Source: Octopus sinensis (taxonomy: Eukaryota). From it: a stretch of DNA of 64,000 nucleotides. This document shows, piece by piece, positions 35,450 through 49,089 of the stretch. Numbering within the stretch: position 1 is the first letter of the stretch; each line of letters starts with the position of its first letter. Under the pieces are notes generated by a model. That model worked only from the letters and a program-made list of their open reading frames with translations. It had not been told where the DNA came from and did no database searches. Both the position numbers and the translations under genes were made by a program. The stretch lies in NCBI RefSeq assembly GCF_006345805.1, contig NC_043000.1, positions 94,736,001 to 94,800,000 of the forward strand, in the 5' to 3' direction.

Positions 35450-38400
35450 TCATAGGACTATGCTCAAGGTGGCTTCGTCATTCATACGTGCCATTCTTGC
35501 TACATTCACCCATCTTTTTTTAAAACATTCGCTAGACAAAACTTGCCTCTCTACTCTCACTTTCCTTTTCAAGTGGTACTTGAAGAAGTGATGAGAGATT
35601 GACCAGAGAGGAAAGTGTTTGTCTCCAATCCTTTCAGACGCGTCCACCAGATACATTCTTTCGCCATAGCCACAAGGATGATGAAAATAGCTCTTCCTTC
35701 CCGTTTGAAGGAAGGAGAGGCGTGACAATATTGACGATAGACTCAGCTGATAAACCGACTCGTCCCACACGTGACAGCAGTTGTTCGACATAAGCCCACA
35801 GGTCGGAAATTGTTGGACACTGAACGAGTGCGTGCAGAGCGGTTTCGTCGCTCTGACCGCATCTCGGGCAGGTCGCCCCCGTGTTTCTCGAGCCGTGTCT
35901 GTAGAGCTTATCCCGAACGGGTAGCGCTTCTCGGTAGCACTGCCAGGCCAGGGATCTCTGGAAGTTGTCCATGGGCCCTGGCCCGAAAGTCGTCCGAACA
36001 GGCGGGTCAGGTACTCCTCGTCGACGTCCAGGTTCGCCCCGAGCTCGTCGTCGTACCTCCCCTCCACTAAACCCCTATAGAATGCTTTGGTTGTGTTGAA
36101 GTCACTAAGGTCGACCCAGGACGGCAGAGTTGCTTGAGAGCAACGCGACACTCGCGGTGCCATTCGCCCTTCCTCGGCCTCTTTTTGATCCACGACTGCA
36201 GTTCGGTCATGGAGACGAGCTGCGGGAAAGCGTGCCTCACAAACGGCGACCACACCTGTTCACCGTCGTCTACATAGAGCCAGAGATGTCGCAGTCTCAG
36301 CGCGTGTCTGCGCATCATCAACCACGGCATGCCCAGCCCTCCTTTTAACGGGTGTTGACAGCAATGGATCGCCTGACCATCGGGACGCATCCTTTCCACA
36401 AGAAGCGAAAGAGGATGCGTTGTAGTTGGTGATGGTAGGGTCGGGACAAGGTACGACGGTCAGGCGGTAGTAGGGACGACGGACGCGATGTACGTGTTCG
36501 CCACCTCCGCTCGACCTTTTAGGGACAGTTTCCTCTCGGCCCATTGCCGGGCGAGAGTGACCACCCTACTCGTTATCTCGTTCCAGTTCTTCTCCACTTG
36601 GAGGTCCGGACCAAACCAGACCCCGAGCAAATCAACCGGGCCGTCGGTCCAGCGTCCCACGACGGAGGCGCTGGTGGACGGCATGGGCTTGCTTCTCCAG
36701 GTGCCTAGTCGCAAGCCCACTGACTTTTCCCGGTTGATTTTCGCTCCTGTCACCGCTTCGTAGTTTTTCAGTGTCTCGCCGACCAGCTCGATGTGCTCGT
36801 GGCTAGACACTATGACGGTGACGTCGTCCGCGTATGCAGACACGCTCGTCCCGCATCCCAATTCTCGCGGGATGCCCCTTAGAGTCGCCAGCTTCCGCAG
36901 TAGTGGCTCAAGAGTCAATACGTATAGAAGCGCCGAGAGGGGGCATCCCTGACGGACCGAACGTGCAATGTCGAAAGGTCTCGATAGATGTCCATTTACG
37001 CGAATTACCGAACGGATGCCTCTGTACAAGGCAGCTATCCAGCCGCGGAAGACGGGACCGAAACCAGCCGCTCTCAGGACTGCCTCCAAGTATCGATGGT
37101 CTACCCTATCAAAGGCTTTCGATTGATCCAAGTTGATCAGGGCCCCACCCATGCCAGGTTCGTTAACTACCCTGTCTATGATGTAGCGCATCAGATGGAG
37201 GTTGTCATGGATGGTCCGGCCTGGCACGGCGCATGTTTGCGCCTTGTCGACCAGTTTCTCGATGACAAGCGCCAACCTCTTGGCTAGCACCTTGGCCAAA
37301 ATTTTCAAGTCTGCATTAAGCAGAGTGATGGGCCTAAAGTTATCTATTACATTTCCCTTGTTTAGATCTTTCTTCAGCAGTGTTACGGCTCCTCGGCTCA
37401 CAAAACCAGGAATGCTCCCGTTTTGCTGCCAGTTGCAGTACACCGCCGCCAAGAGATCTCCAAACAAGTCTGGCATACAATTGTAAAGCTCGTAGGGTAG
37501 ACATCCAAACCCGGTGATTTGTCCCTCGAGCATTCTGCCATCGCTTCCCGCACTTCCGCCGCCGTGATGGCCACCTTCGCAGCACCCTGCCTTCTTGTCG
37601 AGAGTCGTGGTAGGCTATGTAGGTAGGCACTGAAGTCCACCCTACGTTCTTGCCCTCCACTCGTTCCGAACAGTCGGGCAAAATGCTGCTGAAAGGCCTC
37701 ACACATTTTACTTGGCTCGAGCAATTCGCGCCCCTGTTCATCTACCAGTGACCGAATGGTGGCTTTGTTGCCCTGTTGCGCCTCTGCCACCCGGGCCTCT
37801 CTCGCGGCTCCAACACCTTCGTTCCTTAGAGCACGCATCCTAGCTCTGACAGCACATCCTTCGTGTTTGGCGTTGAAGTGTTGGTCGAGGCCAACCTCGC
37901 CGCCAAAACGTCGGATGCGATGCGCGCTTCTAATTGCCTCTTCTAGCTTCTTAACTAGCTCACCCTCTACTCTATTTCTATCTATGGCTAGTGCTTTGCT
38001 GTACCTAATCGCTTCTGCTTTTACTGCTCTCTTGAGGGCAACCACCATTTGTTGTTGATGATGGCTCCCGTCAAAGCCCTCTTACTAGTGTGCTAATCCG
38101 GTCTCTGAAAACTTGTCTCGATGGGAAAGACGCGTTTAGTTTCCAGTATCCGGGACCCTGCCTAAGTGTCTTACCTAAGTCTAGCGTACATGTCACAAGT
38201 TTGTGATCCGTGTAGCTGACTATGTGGAATTGTGGACATCCTATGCTATCTCTATCTACTGTCCTACACAGTATCCTATCTAGATACGATCTCGACGACC
38301 CGATGCGGTTGCTCCATGTCCACGTTGGCGCATTCGGGTGGTCTAGTCGGAACCTGTCAGACAGTTGAAAGCGTCTGAGCAGGTCTCTGAGGCATTTGCA

Positions 38401-38880
38401 TCCCCGTCTATTCCTATCTCTACCCACGTAGTCTACATGCGTGTCCAAGTAGCATTCCAATCCCCCACTAAGAGTAAAGGACGAGACGTTCCCAAGAAAA
38501 CTTCTAGACGTTGAAGAAATCCGCCCGACCTGTTAAGGGCGGTGCGTAAACTGATACGAGTCGAAAAGCGCACCCATTGCTGCCGTCGACATCCAGGACG
38601 ACCAGTCTACCCTCCGGGTCTACGAATATTGTCCTTACATTGAGATCCAGACTCTTGTGAAAAAGTACCGCGGTGCCACTACCGCCCATTCTCGGCAGAC
38701 AGGGGGAAAAATAAATGTTGAACTGTCCGCCAAACATGGTCTTTAGGGCCCGCGGATTGTGGAGTCTGGTCTCGCTTATGGCTATGATTTCTAACTTATG
38801 TGACTTTATGTCATTTAAGAGGTACCCTTGTTTCCAAGGGGACCCCAAGCCACGCGCATTTACACACCAATCTTGATCAT
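35450..38880 (-). pseudogene. Tx1 ORF2 (AP endonuclease-reverse transcriptase-CCHC), frameshifted
   Basis: APE: IIAISETRL, GGSGTAVLF, EGRLVVLDV, SVYAP, RSYLDRIL, YTDHKLV, GYWKLN. RT: NFRPITLLNADLKILAKVLAKRL, LDQSKAFDRVDH, VRQGCPLS, AYADDVT. C-terminus: CPRCGQSDETALHALVQC. Split across several frames. Confidence 0.9.
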
Positions 38881-40881
38881 AGTTCTAATGAATTAGAATA
38901 CAGAGGGTTACTTACTGCTCGAAAGTTTTTGCTTTCTCCTCCGTTGGTTTGTCCTCGAGAAGATCCCAGTACAGTTTCTTTGTGAGATATTTTGGCATTT
39001 ACCAACCGCACTGGGGAAAATGCCTTTGAGTGTGTGGTGCAGACTTTTGGAGATGTGTAATATTTTGATGTGGTCTGGTGTGGTTGTTGTTTTTTTATGT
39101 CATCTTCTGTTATGTTTGTTTTTGATTGGATGTATTCCATCAAATTTGTGTTTTTGGTGTCTATGGCTGTGAGCATGTTTGCTGTATATGTTTTTGTGGT
39201 GTTGGTGTGGCTGTTGTTTGCGTTGGGTTTTGAAATTCTTCGGGAGATGTATTTCCCCCTGCTTTGTTCGTGTTTGCATTTGGTTTGGTTGTGTTTCTGC
39301 TCTTTATTTTCCTTCTTCTTGTAGCTATTTGCCATTCCTCACTGCTTTCGTCTTCCGACGAAATTTCTGAGGAATCAGAAGGGGGTAGGGGTATGTTGTG
39401 GGCTTCTATGTATGTCTGTGTAAGTGGTTGTGTTGTTGTTTTCGTTGTTGTTGGTGTGTTGAGTGTTTGTGTGTGTTGAGTGCGGTATAAGGGATGGGGG
39501 ATCAGTTTTGTGTGTGTTTTCTTTTTTTCTGTTCCTTTGGTTTTGCTGTTGATGGTGGTGTTGGTATTTTTTCAGGTGTCGAGTGGTTTTGGTTGTTGAC
39601 GGATTAGCTTGGTGTGCTTCTCTTGTCTTCTGTGTTGATGGTGGTGTGGGTAGTAGAGCTTTTTTTCCGGAGTGCTTTGGTTGTGGTAGGTTGTTGTTGT
39701 TGCTCTTGGTGTGCAGTGGTTGGGCACGTCTTTTTCAAGTGTGTTTCGCTTCCACACAAATAGCAGCGTGGTCGCCTGCCCTCTACCACTATATAGAGTT
39801 TGTAGCCTCCTGGCAGTTCTATAGCGGTGGGTATCTTCTCTCTTGCTGCTTCATCCAATTGAAGCAGGAATTCGATTGATTTGCCCACATAGTCTTTCTC
39901 TCCTAGAACCGCGATTTCCAGGATGTTTGTCTCTGACATTTCAAAGCAGATGGCAGAGACCAACCATTGTGTTTCGACATCAAATGGTATGTTTTATTTG
40001 GACTTTCGTGCCCTTTTGTTTAAGTAGACTGGTATCATTACCAAGTCGTCCGAATGCAGCTCCAATGTGGAAAAACGTTTTGCTAAACTTTCGTTGAGGA
40101 AACGTACTTGGACTGTACCAAATTTGTTTCCCCAACTGATATATTCCTTGGAGTCCCATACAGGACGAAGGCATTTATCGATTTTTTCCTGCGGTGCATT
40201 TTCTGTTCTTCTTGTTTTTTTGTTTATTACTTTATAATTATTGTTTTTTTTTTGTGTGTTTTCCACGATGTGTTGTGGAATATGAAGGTGCAATTTGTCT
40301 CCTTCTTTGGAGAAGAGTGCCTTTGTGCGGTTTATCTCTTGTGTGGTGAATGTTACAATTGTTCTTTTTTGTTTTGTTACGTCCGCAAAATTCGTTTTGA
40401 ATTTGGCAGTAGAAGTGTTAATGTGGCAGTGTTAATTGAAGTCATGGTGGTAGTGGTGTTGGTGGTTGGCGGTATTAGCAGCAGAAGGCTTGGATGTAGC
40501 ATTTGACGTCGTAGTAGTGGTGTTGGTGTTGGCGGTGTTGTCTTTGGTAGGCGGCTTTGTGCCAATTTCGTTGTTGTTGTTGTTGGTGGTGATGGTGGTG
40601 GTGCTGGCATTCATGTTTTCGTTTGTATTCATTTTTGAAATGCCTTTCTCTGTCCCTTTATCATCAACAAGTGGTGTGGGGAGTGAGGGGAAATCTAAGT
40701 TAATGTCTTTGGTCGCGGCGATGGTGAATGCGACGGTAGATTTGTTGTTGTTGTTGTTGGTGGTGGTGATGGTGGTGACAGCGGTGTTCACGCTGCGATG
40801 TTTAGCAGCTAGTGGTAGCAATAGTGTTTTGCTACCGTTCTGCATGACTGGCGGGCTAGCCACGTGGTTTCTAGTTGCCAT
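38877..40881 (-). pseudogene. Tx1 ORF1 (gag-like, Thr/Asn/Gln-rich, zinc knuckle), frameshifted
   Basis: Starts MATRNHVASPP (ATG at 40881) and contains VVEGRRPRCYLCGSETHLKKTC (Cx2Cx4Hx4C). The last segment ends ...SNSLEL* at 38877. Confidence 0.75.
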
Positions 40882-41105
40882 TTTCAAAATGAAAAATGGC
40901 TAAAAAACCCACGAAAGTTTTGAAAGTTTTTTTGTAATTTCGCCCATACAGGGGCGGAATTCTACGTGAATAATTCTCAGGTTTTTTAGTGAATGAACTT
41001 GCACAACGATTAAAACAAAATATTTGACAACAAGGAGTTTTAAACATGTAAAAGTGGCCAACTTACGTGGAGCCGATATGACTAGCGTCCGTCCATTGTG
41101 AGATG

Positions 41106-41228
<123 letters not shown>

Positions 41229-41265
41229 TATACTCATGCAAATATACATACAATTATACACATCG

Positions 41266-41600
41266 GAGACCCCCTTCGGTCATGAATGACCATGGGATTG
41301 CACCTAGAAATTACCCTCCGAGGCACAAGACCGGGCAAGGTTGTTTGTGGAAGACCAGCAGTCGCCCATGAATACCAGCCTCCCTTCTCTACGCCACCGA
41401 AGTTATCCACAGGAAAGGCAAAGGCCGATACAGCTTGGCACCAGAGACGTCGAATCTCATTTCTACGGCTGAGTGACTAGGAGCAACATGAAATTAGGTG
41501 TCTTGCTGAAGAACACAATTCGCAGCCTGGTCAGGGATTCGAAATCACAACCTCATGGTCTTAAATTAAACGCTCTAAGCACTGAGACATGCGCCTTCAC
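41266..41600 (-). mobile_element. SINE family C, full length
   Basis: Reverse-complement head GTGAAGGCGCATGTCTCAGTGCTTAGAGCG...TTCGAATCCC, CORE-like middle and 3' end GACCGAAGGGGGTCTC. Confidence 0.85.
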
Positions 41601-41729
41601 AAACATACGCATATATGCATGCAAAATGTTATACATTTGTAAATATGTGTGTATATACATATAGATATATACATTCATATATACATGTATACTTCAATGC
41701 ATACAGCATCCGCGTCAAAAAAGCAATAC

Positions 41730-41907
41730 CAAAAATGTGCATATATGTGTGTGTATGCGTGTGTGTGTGTGTTTATGTGTGTGTGCCACCCTGTACATAT
41801 GTGTGATTTATATATGCATCTCTTTCTTTCCCCTCTCTTTATTTCCACTCACTCCCTTTCCCCTGTCTCTTAAATATATATATGTGTGTGTGAGAGAGAG
41901 AGAGAGA

Positions 41908-41942
<35 letters not shown>

Positions 41943-41982
41943 TGTGTGTGTGTATGTATATATATATATATAATGAGATAGG

Positions 41983-42077
<95 letters not shown>

Positions 42078-42810
42078 GAGAGTTTGAATAGAGTGAGAGG
42101 GAGGGAGGGACTGGAGAGGGATAGAATTATCAATATGAGCATTAAAAATAGAACATTTCTGATTCTGAACAAATATATTTATTTCTTGAAAGTTGTTATT
42201 CATAAACTGTTATATTAATATTTCAGTGATATTTGTTATTGCCCTTTTATTTCAGCTATTGTCGTGAGTTGTTCATAAATTTTTGAGTTAATAGATGTTA
42301 GATTTACCGCTTCTTTCATTCTTTTTGTTTTCTCTTGTGTAAGTATTATTTATATAATATTTTACATTCACTAGCTGTTATTCTATGTACACTTTTTAAT
42401 TCTGACGTGTAAATTAAAAAAATGTGTGTGCTGTGCGTGTGCGCATATGTGTATGTATGTATGTATGTATATCTGTATGTATATATATATGTCTGTGTGT
42501 GTGTGTGTATATACATACAGGTATGTATATGTGAATGTGTGTTCGCACATAAATCTATATTATATACATATGTATGTGTGTGTATTATATATATATATAT
42601 ATATATATATACGTGTGTGTGTGTGCGTGTATGTATGTATTTGTGCATATGTATACATGTATATACAAATATATAATGCATGCATATGTGTGTATGTGTA
42701 CATATATATATATATATAAAATACATATTTACACATGTATATTTGAGCATATATGTATATGCTTGCTTGATCGTGTATCCAAACATGTCTATATAAATGC
42801 ATATACACAC

Positions 42811-42849
<39 letters not shown>

Positions 42850-43184
42850 TAACATGCAAAATATATATAGATATATGTTATTTCATGTACGCAATGCCCA
42901 GTTTAAGTTACACACTTTAACAGTATATCCACTTATTTTTCGCTTTTTGTGCGTCAATATATAAGCTCTGAATTTAATATTTTTAAATTCATTCGGGCCT
43001 CTCGTTAAATATTCTAGGAAAATTTATGCATTGAAAACTATGCATACACACACAAATACCACACACACATACATACACACACACACACTTACAAACACAT
43101 ACAGAGATACATATTCATACATACATACATACATACATACATACATACATACATACATAATACATACATACATACATACATACT

Positions 43185-43227
<43 letters not shown>

Positions 43228-43320
43228 TATACAGAGAGAGAGACACACACAGACAGAGTCAGAGAGAGAGGCAGGGAGAGAGAGAGAGACATTCACACAC
43301 ACAAATATGTATAGATATAC
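41730..43320. repeat. cluster of compound microsatellites (TG, GA, GATA, TA, CATA)
   Basis: Direct simple repeats interleaved with short unique stretches. Confidence 0.85.
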
Positions 43321-43709
43321 AAATGCAAGATCCAAAGACCGAGATGTAGGAAGAAAGTGAGCATGAAGCAATACGTAGTAGAAAATATAAAAAATACTTT
43401 CAGGAACAATTGTGATTTATTGGGCTGAAGGCTGTGTATTTCTTCTGTAAGCTGAATTAAATTATTTTACATTTCACGGTTGGCAGCCAGTTTTGCCAGG
43501 TATGCCAATGAAAATCCATGTGTTAAGGAATGGAGAATATTAAATCCAGGCTACATATGTTTCATAGCCAGCTGAACCTCGGAATTGATATATATCCAAG
43601 CGAGGTGTAAACCGCAGGCTACTCTTCAGGTCAAGTGTATCTTTATTAAATGGAGTTTACATCGTGGTTTGGAGCTCCATGTTCACACACAGATATGTTT
43701 GTGTGTGTA

Positions 43710-43744
<35 letters not shown>

Positions 43745-44047
43745 GTGCTTGTCTCTGTGTGTGCATGTGTGTGTGCGTGTGTGTGCTTGTCTGTGTGTGT
43801 GTGTGTATCTATTGGACTTCATTATCCAAACAGAATACCTATACTATGTTTATAGAATATTCAACACTGAGCTACCTTGTAACATCTTGAAAAGCTGAAG
43901 TCTAAGTGTAAGTTAGTCAAAAATATGCTGGACTGTATTAACAATTAGAAAAAAATATATATGGCTTCACTGTCTACAGTGAAACTTCTGTGTTTGTTTA
44001 GTTGTTAGTTTTCCTTGCTTTTCTTTTATCAGTTCAAAATATAACTT

Positions 44048-44270
44048 TAGATATGTTTCTTCCAAAGTTTGTCTCAGGCCATGTCTAACTTAATGACATC
44101 TCCTGGTAGGATCTGTTACGTGATTTTTTGTAAGTCAAGATCACCAAGCAAATCAGGAGAAATCTGCCAGGCACCAATTCTTGGGAAATCGTACTTCTAC
44201 TGGTCTGTCATACTTAAGAGAACCCCATATTTTGTCTTTTATATTTTACTTGCTTCCATCATTAGACTGC
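44048..44270 (-). mobile_element. CR1-like LINE 3' fragment
   Basis: TAGATATGTTTC..CCAAAG.TTG..CAGGCCATGTCTAACTTAAT matches the 3' end of the CR1-like copy at 2547-2600. Confidence 0.6.
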
Positions 44271-44279
44271 AAACATGCT

Positions 44280-44420
44280 GGGGCACCTTCTTAAAGAAGT
44301 TTATTTAGTCGAACGAATCGACCTCAGTACTTATATTTTTAAAGCCTGGTATATTTCTATTGGTATTTTGCCGAACGATAACTTACGGGGACATAAAACA
44401 CGAACATCGTTTGTCAAGAT
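44280..44420 (-). mobile_element. SINE family A 3' fragment
   Basis: GGGCACC...TTTAGTCGAACGAATCGACCTCAGTACTTA...TTTTGCCGAAC, the reverse complement of the family A body. Confidence 0.6.
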
Positions 44421-44564
44421 ATACAAGAAAGCAAAGTTTTGGAGAATATGAATGTATGTATGTATGTATGTATGTAGGTAGGTAGGTAGGTAGGTAGGTA
44501 GGCAGGCAGGTAGGTAGGTAGGTAGGTACGTACGTACGTAAGTTTTTGTGCATGTCAGTGTATA

Positions 44565-45330
44565 CTAGGTTGAGTCAAAAGTTTTCTAGCTTTTCTCTGA
44601 TGACAACTTGTATCTCATTAATTTTATATAGCTTGTCCAATCGTTGCTGAAATGTCGATGATTAGTGTTATATATATGAAAATAATTTTATATATATAAC
44701 AATAATCATTAATTCTTATTTATTTTACAGCTAGCAAATCCTCGAGAGGCTCAATTCTGGCCTCGAATTGTAACTGAGACTAAATAAATTGATATATTTT
44801 AGTAATCCTAATAGAAATCAGTCGTTTTGTCCTAGCCAAGCATCAGAAACTGTTGTCGGATAAGGACGGTTGGAAACGAATGTCGTGTGTATGGTGGGAC
44901 TTCGAAGTGTTGTTGTACATTGAGCTTGTCCCAGATGATCATACTGTGAACGCCAACATTTGTGGTCAACAACTGCAGCGAGTGTATTATGATTGATACT
45001 CGACATTGGTCAATCGAATACGCGAACCCCTAGAGCGTAACAATGCCCTAGCACACAGTGAAAATGTGAACAACTGCAAAATTGAGGAAAATGAGGGGCT
45101 AGAAGTGATGCCACATCCTGCCTACAGTGCAGACTTTGCATCATCAGATTACCTTCTCTTCCGAGCCATGACTCATTTCCTACACGAAAGGAGGTTCAAC
45201 AATATGTATGAGGTTGAAAACGGCTGCAGGAATTTTTTTCCCTTCTAAACCAATCAAATAGTATAAACGAAGCATTGAGTTTCTAGCAAAATAGACAACA
45301 GAATATGATGGGATGTATTTCCCAACCTGG
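44565..45330 (+). mobile_element. mariner relic, internally deleted
   Basis: CVWWDFEVLLYIELVPDDHTVNANICGQQL...EVMPHPAYSADFASSDYLLFRAMTHFL. Ends are TA-CTAGGTTGAG and CCCAACCTGG-TA, short matching TIR termini. Confidence 0.8.
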
Positions 45331-46364
45331 TATATATATATATGTATAAATACATATATACATATATATATATATTTGTGTCTGTATGTATGAGTGTGCG
45401 CGTGTGTGGGGGTATACATAGATACATACACAAACACGCACGCAAACACACACAGATATATACACATATATTGGGAGCTAATGTACAGCACAATCCTTTG
45501 ATCACTATGTTGTGATTGTTACCGTTATTCATTTACATTTTCACAGCCCTCTCTCCTTTGATTTTGGGCAATGACGAAGTTGGACAACATCGCCATTATT
45601 TTCGATGTGTGTTCATCCGTACTTTAGATAGTAATAAAAATGTTTTTTGAAAACACTTGCATCTACGCCCAATAGATTTATGAGATATGTGAAAGATAAT
45701 TTAAGTGCTGTAAAGTCTTAAACACTAAGCTATTCTTATGTTTAATCATATATAAGTGCAGTCAAATTTTGAATTATAGGATCACAAAATATCTATCATA
45801 AACTAGCATGCAAGTTATTTGTAACTGAGAATATTCGGCAAACTGTTTGAAATTTTGGCAATCTATTTTAATTTGAAAGTATCTTAATACTTAAAAATTT
45901 ATATTAGCATCAATTTTGATATTAATATTGATATTAATACATTCTTCTATATTCGATTACATTTTTATTACGGGTCTCATTCATGCACAGATCGCTGATT
46001 CTATAAGATAAAGAAAACCTCTATACAATATATATATATATATATATTATATATACATATTATACACATATATATTATACATATATGTATGTGTTTGAAT
46101 ATGTGTATGTATGTGAATTTATATATACATATATACATATATACACGCGTGTGTGCATCTACTTATATAATACATATAGAATACATTATACACATAAATA
46201 ACTAAAACAAATTGTTTTGAAATTATAACGAATAAATCTCACGAGACATCCACCTTGCTCCGTATATAAATCTTCCTCTGTGTATGGCTCTTGGTACGAT
46301 AAATTTCATGCTCTTAACATCATTATAAATTAAGGTGATTAGGAGTTCAACTAGTGTTCGGAAA

Positions 46365-46434
46365 CAATTTAAATACCTTTGAATAGTCTATTATATCACC
46401 AATTTAAATATCTTTGAATAGTCTATTATATCAC
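46365..46434. repeat. 35-bp perfect-but-one tandem duplication
   Basis: CAATTTAAATA[C/T]CTTTGAATAGTCTATTATATCAC repeated twice. Confidence 0.9.
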
Positions 46435-46630
46435 CTGACCAAGGTGGTATAACATTTGCTGGCTCAACATCTTTACCTGCAGTTTTATTAAAAACAAGGT
46501 CATTGAAAGGGGCAATTGTTCGAAAGTTTTTAAACGTAGCATATTTAGGATATTTTACAAGAGTTTCTTGAACCAAGTTTGGAGAATACACGTTCAAGTA
46601 AATACCCAATAATAGTAAAACGACAAAAGA
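46391..46630 (-). other. candidate coding exon or pseudo-exon
   Basis: Non-repetitive open frame SFVVLLLLGIYLNVYSPNLVQETLVKYPKYATFKNFRTIAPFNDLVFNKTAGKDVEPANVIPPWSGDIIDYSK with an N-terminal hydrophobic stretch. No homology recognised and no clear start or acceptor. Confidence 0.25.
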
Positions 46631-46769
46631 TTAGATGTAAGGGCTCTCTCAATTAAACCACATATGCCATCGTCCACTCTTCTGTTAGCATTTGTCAAAT
46701 CGATACGTAAAACTTTAATCTAGTTACGTACACCTAGATTTTGTTTCCTATTTAGGTCACCTAATGGTT

Positions 46770-46895
46770 TGAATGTTTGGCTCAAGACTGAAAGAGCACG
46801 AGTTCAATTCCTGGATGTGTGGCGCGTTGTGTCCTTGAATACAGCAACTTCATTTTATGTTTCTCCAGTCTACTCAACTTTAACGAATACCAGTG
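46770..46895 (+). mobile_element. SINE family C head, diverged
   Basis: GAGTTCAATTCC B-box followed by TTGTGTCCTTGAA...CTCCAGTCTACTCA. Confidence 0.55.
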
Positions 46896-47589
46896 GGTGC
46901 ACTCTCGCTCCCATTCATTTTCTTTGTGTCTCTATTTCTTCCCCCCTCTCCTCCCTCCCTCTGTCTCCAATCATTACATCCTGGATATTCTGCAAGAACT
47001 GAGAGATTATTTGTAACTTCTCAAGACTCAATGGGAGCCCCCTAATAACATTAGTGACATCTTGTTACATTTTACCACGATTGCTGGCTCTACTTGTACA
47101 CTTTTGCCTTTAAAATTAGAAGCTTCGAATCAGCTTAATTTACGCTATCTATACTTTCACAAAAAAACAACTTTTGTGTTTCAAGCAGATGTTGTATACA
47201 TTTTCCATCAAAACACAAGGTCCTTTACTTGGACAAAAATGAATAATTTATTTCGAAAGCGTGTTTTTTGTTGTTTGTTTTCTGTTTTTCTTTCCTTTTT
47301 TTAATGCTCGAAGTTCGAATTCCACTTGATTTAAGTCTGATTTCAGATACAAATCACATATCTTTTTTTTTGTCGCTCAAATTGATGAATAAATGTAATC
47401 AACATACATTTTGTTATTCTACTTTCCATTTGGCTTTGATCAAGAGCTGCTGCAGGCAACGACGATGATTGTAGTCTTGATTGTCTTTGAGATATACATA
47501 GCTTTATTCTTCCTTGTTTCTTTGTATTTTCTTTTTTTTCTTCTATATTTTTAATTTGCTTTGCCTGAAATTCACAAGAAATTTCTTCA

Positions 47590-47810
47590 TCAGATGATGG
47601 TAATGATGAAATGATGATGTATGCGACATCTACGACATTGTTGATGATGAGGACGACGACAACGACGATGATGAAGATGATGACGACGATGATGAGGATA
47701 ATGATGATTGTTGTATTGCTGACAAGAACCACTACGGCGACCACGGTTATAACAACTACGTCGACAATGATAATAATGTTGATGACGATGTTGATCGAAT
47801 CGATTAGTTC
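47590..47810. repeat. degenerate (GAT/GAC)n trinucleotide repeat
   Basis: Low-complexity GAT/GAC/AAC run. Confidence 0.8.
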
Positions 47811-48527
47811 TGATTTGGATATTATACATTTCTGATCTTTTTCTCTACTTTTCCATTTTTTCTTCATCTTCTATTGTTATTTTTAGTTTTCTTATCTCAA
47901 TCTTTCTAAATATTTTTATTAATGAATGCAATCTTTCCTTTGTGACCTGGAAAGATTCACTTGATAGCGCAGATCTATCAAAAATTTTGTTCTTATTAAT
48001 TTTTAGGAGAGCAAGTGCAACACTGCGAACAACATCAAAAATATCAATGAGATTTTCACAATAGTTGCACTTTTACAACATGTATTTTTATAGAAATATA
48101 TACGGTTTTTTATACAGCGAAAAAAAAAGACTTATTCATAATCTTGTTTCTATGGCCCTATTTGTCACAATTCTGACACTCCCAGGAAAAGCTGGTGAAC
48201 TTCCATTTATTTTATAGAATCTTGCCATCATGAATGGATGTAGACAGAAATCCAACAAAATCTTATGAGATTCCCTAATCGAGTTATTCGGCTATTCCAC
48301 TGTGGAATATGTATATCACAGCTGAGAGAGATCAGCCTATGCCAAGAAATTTGATGCAGCATTCAACAACACCTGCCACCTCATCACTAAGAAAAAAGGA
48401 GATAAAGTTACCTTCTCGAGTCCTGCCGACACATAAGGGCCGGTTTCCTGGTTTCCTGGTTTATATATTTCCCACCTGCTCTGTCACGTTCTTAATGTTG
48501 TATGAAGCACACAATATATGTATACAT

Positions 48528-48563
<36 letters not shown>

Positions 48564-48992
48564 ATATATTATATATATATATTATATATAACCAAAAAAA
48601 GGCAACAAGAATGGATCAGTAGTTTAGTACAATTTTTCATACTATAACATTTTATTTAAAGCTGCAAATATTACAGCAAATATAATGTCAAGTATTCTTC
48701 AGCTAAATTTCATATAGGTTTTCCAAACATCTTAGAGAGTGTAAATATCCTTATGAAGTTATATATATATATATGTGTATACATATATATATATATAATC
48801 AAAATAAGCAACAAGAATATCCAGAGGTAATGCAGTACATTCGTTTCATGCGACTCCATCGTACTGAATTACCTCTGGATAACCTTATTGCTTATTTTGA
48901 TAATAATCACCCCATTTTGAATCATATGGAAAATACCAAACTAAATTCTGGTGCCTTTAACTTAGGCTCCATATTCATCTGAATCTCTCTCC

Positions 48993-49046
<54 letters not shown>

Positions 49047-49056
49047 TCTCTCACTC

Positions 49057-49089
<33 letters not shown>

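Larger units (their letters stand above)
35065..41105 (-). mobile_element. Tx1/L1-clade non-LTR retrotransposon, near full length (~6.0 kb)
   Basis: 5' UTR, ORF1 with a CCHC knuckle, ORF2 with APE, RT and C-terminal CCHC, and a U-rich 3' UTR with AATAAA (35071-35076) running into (TATC)n. (GATA)n flanks both ends. Confidence 0.92.

Noticed and set aside
47590-47810. Asp-rich frame (DDEDDDNDDDEDDD...) resembling acidic biomineralisation proteins
   Set aside because: It is a degenerate GAT/GAC repeat with an in-frame TGA immediately upstream and no start or convincing splice context.
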